From an uncultured Planctomycetaceae bacterium (GTDB lineage Bacteria; Planctomycetota; Planctomycetia; Isosphaerales; Isosphaeraceae), in the NCBI GenBank assembly GCA_963833985.1, contig CAWIAD010000002.1:2688001-2752000 (forward strand): a DNA stretch of 64,000 bases. Reading direction: 5' to 3'. Position numbers and translations under genes: made by a program. Within the stretch, counting starts at the first letter, position 1. The number at the start of each line of letters is the position of its first letter. This document shows, piece by piece, positions 11,197 through 19,055 of this stretch. The notes beneath the pieces were generated by a model. The model was not told where the DNA came from, did no database searches, and was given only the letters and a program-made list of their open reading frames with translations.

Positions 11197-11787
11197 ATGC
11201 GCATCATCGCCGGGGAATACGGTGGCCGGAAGATCCTCGCTCCGCTCTCGGAGACCACTCGGCCAATCACCGACCGGGCCAAGCAATCGCTGTTCGACAC
11301 GCTCGGCGAGCGAGTCGACGGGGCCGTCGTCCTGGACGCGTTCGCGGGCACCGGCTCGATGGGGCTGGAGTGCCTGTCTCGAGGCGCGCGCCGGGTGGTC
11401 TTCATCGAGCGCGACCGCAGCGCCGTGGCGCTGCTGCGCAAGAACATCGCCGCGCTGGACGTCGCAGCGCGCAGCCTGGTGCTGCCCGTTGACGCGTACC
11501 GGGCCCTCCGCCAGGCCGTGCAGGTGCGCGAGGACTTCGAACCGTTCGGGCTTGCCTTCGTGGACCCTCCCTACGCCCACACCGAACCCGGCCCCGACCT
11601 GGCGCGGCTGACACGTTTGCTCGCGGAGCTGGCCGCATCCGCCCTTGCCCCCGACGGCCTGATCAGCCTGCGGCATCCCACCGCGGTCTCGGTCCAGGCG
11701 ATCGTCCCCGGCGAACTCCAGATCATCCGCGAGCTGACCTACGGCTCGATGCGTGTGAGCTGGCTGGCGCGGGATGCCGAGGATTGA
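11197..11787 (+). CDS. rsmD: 16S rRNA (guanine966-N2)-methyltransferase RsmD
   Basis: MRIIAGEYGGR, TRPITDRAKQSLF, VLDAFAGTGSMGLECLSRGA, FVDPPY. Confidence 0.93.
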   Translation: MRIIAGEYGGRKILAPLSETTRPITDRAKQSLFDTLGERVDGAVVLDAFAGTGSMGLECLSRGARRVVFIERDRSAVALLRKNIAALDVAARSLVLPVDAYRALRQAVQVREDFEPFGLAFVDPPYAHTEPGPDLARLTRLLAELAASALAPDGLISLRHPTAVSVQAIVPGELQIIRELTYGSMRVSWLARDAED

Positions 11788-11949
11788 GCCAGGGTCGCAG
11801 CGGGTACGCGGCGATTCGATCCAGAGCGCACGCGTGCCGGCCGCGAGTGCGGAAGCCTCGCGTGCTCCGGATCGCCACCAGGCTCCTCGGCACCGCGCCC
11901 CACGCACGCTCATTGGCCCGACCGTGAAGGCTCAGGTCAAGCCGTGGCG

Positions 11950-14056
11950 TCACGTCTTGCTTGAACCCAGTGCGGAGGCCACCGCTTCCACGCCCACAAC
12001 CGGGTCCAGGCAGGTCGAATTCTCGCAGATGTAGGTTGTGGTCCGGCTCTCACGGCTGGGCCGGTCGGCCAGCAGCGGGATCCGCTCGAGCAGGGTCCCG
12101 TCCTGGCCCGCGGCTGCGGGTGCGACCACTGCGCCTGGCTGGAAGCGGGCATGGACTGTCTCCAGGACCTTGCGGAACTCGTCCGGGTCCACACCGGCAA
12201 TGACGGCGATCTCGCGCCGGGGTGACAGCTCGAAATCCAGGGCGATCAGGCTCTGGCCGGCGGCCGCCGGAGCGTTCTTGATCACAGCCTTGACGGCTTC
12301 GAGCGCGGCCAGGCCGGAACCCCGCAGGTCCTCGCGGCCGGTCAGGGCGCCAAGCCGCAGCAGGGCCGTCGCGGCCATGGCATTGCCCGAGGGCGTCGCG
12401 TTGTCGAACAGGTCCTTCGTCCGCGCGATCAAGGCCTCATGGCTCTTCCCGGTGTAGAAGAAGCCACCGCGCTCGGCGTCGGCGAACTCGTCCATCATGA
12501 CCCCTGCCAGGTCGATGGCGGCCTCGATCCAGCGCGGCTCTCCCGAGGCCTCGTATAGCCGGGTCAGACCGTCAATGAAGTTCGCATAGTCGTCCAGGTA
12601 AGCGTTCAGCCGGGCCTGGCCATCCTTGAAGGTGTGCAGTAAACGGCCGTCCGGGGCGCGCAGCCGGTCGAGGATGAAGCCCGCGGCGCGCGCGGCCGCA
12701 TCGAGATAGCGTGGGGCCGCCAGCGCACGGCCCGCGACGGCCAGGGCCGCGATCGCCAGGCCGTTCCACGAGACCAGCACCTTCGTGTCCTTGTGGGGAG
12801 GAATGCGCTGGTCGCGCACGGCCAATAGCTGCGCGCGGCTGTCGGCCAGCTCAGCCGCCAGGTCGTCCTCGGTGCGCGACAGGAGCTTGGCCGCCTGGTC
12901 GATGGGCCGGGGCAGGTTGAGGATGTTCTGGCCCTCCCAGTTACCCGCCTCGGTCACGTCGTAAACGTAGCAGAAGGTCTTGCCGCGATCCGCACCCAGG
13001 ACGTCCCGGATCTGGCTTTGCGACCAGACGTAGTACTTCCCTTCCACGCCCTCGCTGTCGGCGTCCTCGGTGGCGTAGAAGCCGCCTTCGGGCGCGGTCA
13101 TCCGTTCCAGCAAGTAATCGAGTGTTTCCCGCGCCACCTGGTCCCAGCGCCAGGCCGGTGTGCTGGAAGGCCTCGACGTAGGCGGACGCAAGCAGCGCAT
13201 TGTCGTAGAGCATCTTCTCGAAATGAGGCACGAGCCAGCGTTCGTCGGTGGAGTAGCGCGCGAAGCCGCCGCCCAGGTGGTCGTAGATGCCTCCGCGGGC
13301 CATCTTGTCGAGCGTGAGCGTGACCGCGTGCAGCGCCTGGTCGTCTCCTTTGCGGGCGGCCTGGCGCAAGAGCACCTTCAGGTCCATGGGATGCGGGAAC
13401 TTGGGTGCCGAGCCGAACCCGCCGTGAAGCGCGTCGAAATTCTTGACCAGCGACCGGGCCGCCTGGTCGAGCTGGCCGGCGTGAAGCGGCTGCTCGCTCC
13501 CGGCCGCCAGCTCGCCCATGGTCCGCAGCCGCCCGGTCATGTCCGCGGCCGCGTCCAGGATCTCGTCCCGGCGCTCGTCCCAGGCCTTGTGCACGCTCAG
13601 GAGCACGCGTGGAAAGCCCGGCATGCCGCGGGCATCCGACGGCGGAAAATAGGTGCCTCCGTAGAACGGCTCGAGTCCGGGCGTGAGGAACACGGACATC
13701 GGCCAGCCGCCGTGCCCGGTCATCGCCTGCACCGCGTTCATGTAAATCTGGTCCAGGTCGGGCCGCTCCTCGCGATCCACCTTGATATTCACGAAGTGCG
13801 CGTTCATGATTGCCGCGATGTCCGCATTCTCGAAGCTTTCCCGCTCCATGACATGGCACCAGTGGCACGCCGAGTAGCCGATGGACAGGAAGATCGGCTT
13901 GTTCTCGCTCCGGGCGCGCTCGATCGCCTCCGGGCCCCAGGGATGCCAGTCCACCGGGTTGTGTGCGTGTTGCAGCAGGTACGGGCTCGTCTCGCCGGCG
14001 AGCCGGTTGGCCGGCCGGTCAGCCGGATGCAAGGCGTTCGTGTGCGTCGTTGCCAT
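11950..14056 (-). CDS. Thioredoxin-domain protein YyaL/SSP411 family (frameshift near 13155)
   Basis: [56 protein letters not shown] in the 5' [35 protein letters not shown] in the 3' ORF. Confidence 0.92.
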
Positions 14057-14383
14057 GGCAATCGTTCTCCTCGCGAGCGGGTGTGGCATGATCGGGAGCC
14101 GGCAGTGCATTGTAGAAAGGTTGGCCCGTGCGTCCATGAGCTGTCTGCCGGCGCCGCGGTCCACCGAGCACTACGCGACGGCAGCCGCTCCGCACGCACA
14201 CCGCGGCCCGCTCCGCGGTGCTGGCCAGAGAATCCTTCTCCTCCACCCGCCTGTGGATTGGCGACTGATTTCGGATCGCCAAGAACGGTGGCACTACCTG
14301 ACGAACGAATTGCTCCAGCAACTCGATCGTGGGCGGACCGTCGAGAACTGCTTGTCGTACCAGAACGTCGGTCTATGCGGGGG

Positions 14384-14548
14384 CTCCTCAAATGAGACGT
14401 CTCGCTTCACGCTGAGCCTATGGGAAGAACAGATTCGCGAAGGATCACCTGTTTTAGCGGTAGGGTGTGTCGAGCGCAGCGACGACGCACCGGTGTGGAA
14501 TCCGGAGCGGTGAACCGGTGCGTCGTCGCTGCGCTGGGTGCACCATAC
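14384..14548 (+). repeat. Unit copy 1: 76-bp leader + 89-bp inverted GTAG-REP doublet
   Basis: Ungapped alignment with 16897-17061 and 18629-18793; doublet 14460-14548 starts GTAGGGTGTGTCGAGCGCAGCGACGACGCACCG. Confidence 0.9.
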
Positions 14549-14550
14549 AG

Positions 14551-14780
14551 TCGGGCACATCTGGCTCCATCCGACTCGGTTCATGAGCGCCAGCGTGCAG
14601 CGTAACCGGCCCTTCGGCGGTGAGGACTGGGTCCACCAGACCAAAGTCGCGCCGGGACTGGTCTCCTCGCTCACCCTTCACGGCAATCCAGTCCGAAGGC
14701 CGTCCCGAAGGAGCTGGTTGACCACGCGTCACTTCCCCTGTCATCCAACCAGCCGGCGTGCCTCGAGAGGTCCCCCCCTC
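14551..14780 (+). pseudogene. Relic of the 3' end of a REP-associated/IS200-like (RAYT) transposase, copy 1
   Basis: Translates to SVQRNRPFGGEDWVHQTKVAPGLVSSL, resembling the 'SVxRGRPFGSEDWVxxTAxxLGLESTL' C-terminus I recall from planctomycete Y1 transposases. Closely similar to 17064-17300. Confidence 0.6.
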
Positions 14781-14878
14781 GGCTCCGTGCGTTGTCTTAT
14801 TCTCCGTTGCTATCGGAACCCGGCTGTGACCAATGCGAACGGTCTACACCGCACGGAAACGAGCGCTCTGTTCGCTAA

Positions 14879-16231
14879 GGCGAGCGGCAGGTCTTAGTTT
14901 CCCTGCTGCTCGGTGATTCTCGGTTTGATAGTGATGTCATACTTCGGCAGGGTCGCCGATCTTTCCAATCGAGCTTCGTACTGCTTCATCTCCTTGGCGG
15001 CGACTCGAACGCCATCGGGATACTCGCCGTGGAGGCGTTTCACGATCGGGTGCCGGCGCTTCCAGGTCATTCGTAGGGCGCATTGCAGGACCACCTTCAG
15101 GCAGTTCAGTAACACGCCGTTCCATTTCTTCTCCAGGGCCGACCAGCAGCGTTCAATCGGGTTGTATTTGCTGTGGTAGGGGGGATAGTACACCAACCGA
15201 ATCTCCAACCCCGACCAGTCGGCAAACTGGACCATCCGTTTCAGGAACTGGGTCCGCCGACCGGAGTTCTTGGGGCCGTTGTCCAGATAGATCACCAGGC
15301 GCTTGACATGCCCGAAGCCTGACCGGACCTGCAGCCACCACATGCGGAGCGCATCGGCCCAAGCGTCGCTGGTCTCGCGCGATCCGAACAGGAGCATCAA
15401 TACCCCGGTCACCCGCATCACGATGCCGAAAGGGACCAGCTTCTCCTTGGCTGGCGGATCGTGATCCCATCCCTTGGCCACTTGACCGTCGGCGGCGGTC
15501 CTGGTTTTTCCCCCCACGAGCGTAATCGCCCAATCCCACCTTCGCCTTGGTGTCCATGGAGATCTCCAGCGCCTCAGGATCGTCCCGAGCCTGTTGCTGC
15601 ACCTCCTTCACGTTGGCGAAGATCGCGTCGGTCTCCTTGGTCTTCTTCAGCGGCCTGCCCTTCTGAATCCGCTTGAGGCGGAAGTTCATGCGGTTGAGGA
15701 TGTCCCGCATGGTGCGCTCGCTGGGCAACGCGTCTCGGGGATAGCCCTTGTCAATCAAGGCTCCTCGCACCTCCGCCGCCGACAGGTTCATGTACCGTCG
15801 CGACGACTTCAGTTCCGGATCGGCGTAGGTATGGGGCTCGACGATCGCACGGATGTCCGCAGCCAGTTGCGGGTCCTTCTCTTCGCTGCGCAGCCGACCT
15901 CTCGCGACGAAATTCTCGAGACAGCGTATCCCTTGACGGGCCTCGTGCAGTCCTTTCAGGACCGTTTCTCGTCCCCAGCCGAAGCGTCGTTCAGCTTGGC
16001 GGGCGCTGCCTTCACAGAGTTCCGTGGCCACCTCGGCCATGAACAATCGGCGCTGGTATCCGGTCAGCCGTCTGGCTCCCGAACAGATCAAGGCGTCGAG
16101 GCACTCAGTGGATCCTTCCATGACGGTTCCCCTCCCTGGTGTACAGACGGCAACAGGCCAGGCTCTAGCCTTGCATCATCTCACAGAACGGGGAAGCTCA
16201 ATTCCGGGTAGATCTCGACGTGCCGGTCGCC
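14879..16231 (-). mobile_element. ISAzo13-family insertion sequence (1353 bp)
   Basis: Imperfect TIRs GGCGAGCGGCAGGTC (14879-14893) and GACGTGCCGGTCGCC (16217-16231), 13/15 match; 3-bp direct repeat TAA at 14876-14878 and 16232-16234. Confidence 0.88.
14894..16121 (-). CDS. ISAzo13-family DDE transposase in two ORFs joined at a G6A5 run (15505-15515)
   Basis: ORF1 RRLFMAEVA..WGRETV..ISMDTKAKV; ORF2 GWDHD..YLDNGP.NSGRRTQF..YYPPYHSKYNPIERCW. Confidence 0.92.
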
Positions 16232-16546
16232 TAAGGACGACAAATGAGCCAGGCAGGCGGTCCTCATGATGCCGCAGCAAGTGACGAACTCGCGCCAGCT
16301 TGGAGTGGCTGTCCGCGGGGTTCATGAGGAGCAGGACGATCCCATAGGCAGGGTGTTTCAGACGCACGACCAGTTCGCCGAAGTCTTTGTCTTCGGTCAG
16401 GAGTACCCGCTCTTGGTCGGCCGCCAGCTTCAACACCGTCTCGTCAGCCGCACCCGGAGCAATCTCCTTGACGTACAGAACGTCCACGCCGCTGTGACGC
16501 AGGCCATCCACCAGCAGAGCATCACAACATTCATCCGCGACGAACT

Positions 16547-16783
16547 TCACAGAGCCTCACCCGATGCGACCACAATGTCTTCATTCGCCAGGTGATCCGC
16601 GGCGAAGGCTGCCGCCGCCCGTATGTCTTCCTCTCTCAGGTGAGGATGGTGGACGAGGATTTGTTCGTCCGTCATCCCCTCGGCCAGTTTACGCAGGATC
16701 AGTTCCACCGTGATGCGCGTTCCCTTGATCACGGGTTTGCCGAACATGACCTTGGGGTCCACGCTGATGCGCTCATGAATCAT
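16547..16783 (-). CDS. DUF433 antitoxin
   Basis: RISVDPKVMFGKPVIKGTRITVELIL..LAEG.T..QIL..HPHL..EDIRAA; 4-bp overlap with the DUF5615 gene. Confidence 0.93.
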   Translation of the reverse strand: MIHERISVDPKVMFGKPVIKGTRITVELILRKLAEGMTDEQILVHHPHLREEDIRAAAAFAADHLANEDIVVASGEAL

Positions 16784-16896
16784 GGGGCCGTTCTCCCGCC
16801 TGGAGGAAACACCATCTGGCAGTTCTCTATACATTGTACCGCGGGGGCCGAAAGCCGGTAGCGTCCCGCGCGATAAGGGCGAAAAGTAAGGTAGGG

Positions 16897-17061
16897 CCCC
16901 GCAAAGGGCACGTTGCTCTTCATACTGAGCCTCTGGGAATAACATATTAACAACGCATCTTATTTATTGATGGTAGGGTGTGTCAAGCGCAGCGACGACG
17001 CACCGTTGGTGAATCCTGTGCCGTGAATCGGTGCGTCGTCGCTGCGCTTGACACACCCTAC
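16897..17061 (+). repeat. Unit copy 2: 76-bp leader + 89-bp inverted GTAG-REP doublet
   Basis: Arms 16973-17005 and 17029-17061 are perfect 33-bp reverse complements. Confidence 0.92.
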
Positions 17062-17063
17062 GC

Positions 17064-17320
17064 TCGGGCACTTCTGGCTCCATCCGACTCGGTTCATGAG
17101 CGCGAGCGTGCAGCGTAACAGGCCCTTCGGCGGTGAGGACTGGGTCCACCAGACGGCAGTCGCGCCGGGACTGGTCTCCTCGCTCACCAGCCCGGGGAAT
17201 CCGGTCCAGGACGCCTCTCCGAAGGATCTGGTTGATCACGGGTCGCTTCCCATGCTATCCAACATGCCGGCACGACTCACGATGTCCCCCTGGAATCCCT
17301 CGTCCCCCCTGGAATCCCTC
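17064..17320 (+). pseudogene. RAYT-like transposase 3' relic, copy 2, ending in TGTCCCCC with a short tandem duplication
   Basis: SVQRNRPFGGEDWVHQTAVAPGLVSSLTSPGNP; GTCCCCC(C)TGGAATCCCTC occurs twice at ~17284-17320. Confidence 0.6.
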
Positions 17321-17383
17321 GCAGTGAAGCATATCGCTCCCTGCTCCGGTTTGTCTTGCGCCCGAAACTTGCTATAGGAAGTC

Positions 17384-18527
17384 ATGGCGAAAAAACGTAC
17401 AGCCACTGGCCCGGCCCCCGTCCGGAGCGACAGCAGCACCTATGATGCCGTCCTGGCCAGCGTCACCGCGCTGCTGGAAGCCGCCCGCCATGCCGCGGCC
17501 CGCAGCGTCAACTCCGTCATCACGACCACGTACTGGGAGATCGGCAGGCGCATCGTCGAGGAGGAGCAACGCGGGCACGAGCGCGCCGCGTACGGCGCGC
17601 GGCTCATCGACCGCTTGTCCGATGACCTCATCCAGCGCTTCGGCCGCGGCTTCAGCAGGGTCAACCTCAAACAGATGCGAAGATTCTACCTGGAATGGAG
17701 CGCCCCCAAGATTGGTCAGACAGCGTCTGCCGAATTCGCAGGGGTCGTGCCCTTGCCGTCAGCGTCAGTCCACCCGCTGTTTTCCGCTCTCCTGGTCCCA
17801 CTATGTCAGGTTGCTCTCGGTGGAGAAGCACCCGGCCCGCCTCTTCTACGAGGCCGAAGCCTTGCGCGGCGGATGGACCGTCCGCCAGCTTGACCGCTAG
17901 ATTGGCACCCAGTTCTACGAGCGCACCCTGCTCTCCCGCGACAAGGCTGCCGTGCTCACGAAGGGGCAGAGGCCCAAGCCCGAAGATGCCTTGACCCCCG
18001 AGGAAGAAATCAAGGATCCCTTCCTGCTCGAATTCCTCGATCTGAAAGACGAATATTCCGAGAGCGATCTTGAAGACGCCCTGATCCGCCACCTGGAATC
18101 CTTCCTGCTGGAATTGGGCGATGATTTCGCCTTCGTCGGACGTCAGCGCCGCCTACGCATTGACGACGAGTGGTATCGCGTCGATCTTGTATTCTTCCAT
18201 CGCCGCCTGCGCTGCCTCGTTCTCATCGACTTGAAACTCGGTAAGCTCACGCCAGGCGACGCCGGCCAAATGCACCTCTACTTATCCTACGCCCGCGAGC
18301 ACTGGACCCGCCCCGACGAGAGTCCCCCGGTCGGATTGATTCTTTGTGCCGAGCACCACGCAGGGGTGGCCAGATATGCCCTCGAAGGGTTGCCCAACAA
18401 GGTGCTGGCGGCGCGGTACCGTACTGCCCTGCCGAGCGAGGAAACGCTGGCCGCAGAGGTCGAACGCACGCGCAAGATGCTGGAGGCACGCCCCAAACGC
18501 GCCTCCAAAAAACCAAGGGAGCGCTGA
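17384..18527 (+). pseudogene. yhcG: YhcG/DUF1016 PD-(D/E)XK nuclease-domain protein, frameshift near 17765 and in-frame TAG at 17898-17900
   Basis: YWEIGRRIVEEEQ.G..RA.YG, GRGFS..NL..MR.FY, LSWSHY, WTVRQLDR*I, IKDPFLLEFL, FLLELG..FAFVGRQ, DLVFFHRRLRCLVLIDLK. Confidence 0.88.
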
Positions 18528-18628
18528 TCGTCCCCACGTGGTTGACCGGGTCGCAGACGATCTATGTGTTCGCCGCCGTGCCCGAGCCGCCGATCGTCCG
18601 CGAGATCGACGTGTCGCGGTTACCCAGT

Positions 18629-18879
18629 CCCCGCAAAGAACTCGTTGCGCTTCATGCTGAGCCAATGGGAATAACTGGTTAACGAAGCATCACCTGTATT
18701 GTTGGTAGGCTGTGCCCAGCGCAGCGACGTCGCACCGGTGGGGAAACCAGGGCCGTGAATCGGTGTGTCGTCGCTGCGCTCGACACACCCTACGAGCCAG
18801 CATCGGTGCCTCGTCGCTGCGCTCGACACGACCTGCGAGCCAGAATCGGTGCGTCGTCGCTGCGCTCGACGCGCCCTAC
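18629..18879 (+). repeat. Unit copy 3 (leader + REP doublet 18705-18793) followed by two further tandem REP arms
   Basis: Extra CGGTGC.TCGTCGCTGCGCTCGAC.CG.CCT.C arms at 18804-18836 and 18847-18879. Confidence 0.9.
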
Positions 18880-19055
18880 GGGCTGACAGGATGGCTGCCG
18901 TGGGTGAGCCACACGTCAAGCAGGGCCAGATCGTTTTTTCTGCGTTGAGGGATGAACAGTAGGATTCGCGCCCGGGCGCTGCCATCATGAGAAGAATTCG
19001 CCACGCCCCACCGCGAGCCCGCTTATCAAACCGGCTCGCGCGATGGAGACCCGCC

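Larger units (their letters stand above)
14844..16550 (-). pseudogene. DUF5615 PIN-like toxin, interrupted near its 3' end by the ISAzo13 element
   Basis: MKFVADEC..DVLYV..DETVL..A....RVLLTEDKDFGEL. Removing the IS and one TAA restores ...GSFVVLSEQSARFRAV* with the stop at 14844-14846. Confidence 0.85.

Noticed and set aside
14230..14380. Possible gene fragment (..DWRLISDRQERWHYLTNELLQQLDRG..) left of unit copy 1
   Set aside because: Looks protein-like but has no start or recognisable family, so it cannot be supported.
14550..14780. Group II intron or structured ncRNA
   Set aside because: No domain V/VI consensus or RT gene recognised; the transposase-relic reading fits better.
14294..14897. 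Short ORFs duplicated at 14.3-14.9 kb and 17.0-17.4 kb as real small genes
   Set aside because: They are translations of REP and transposase-relic DNA with frames not conserved between copies.
14384..18879. Classical integron/attC array
   Set aside because: No integrase, and I found no RYYYAAC...GTTRRRY-bounded attC structure; the hairpins are GTAG-REP doublets.
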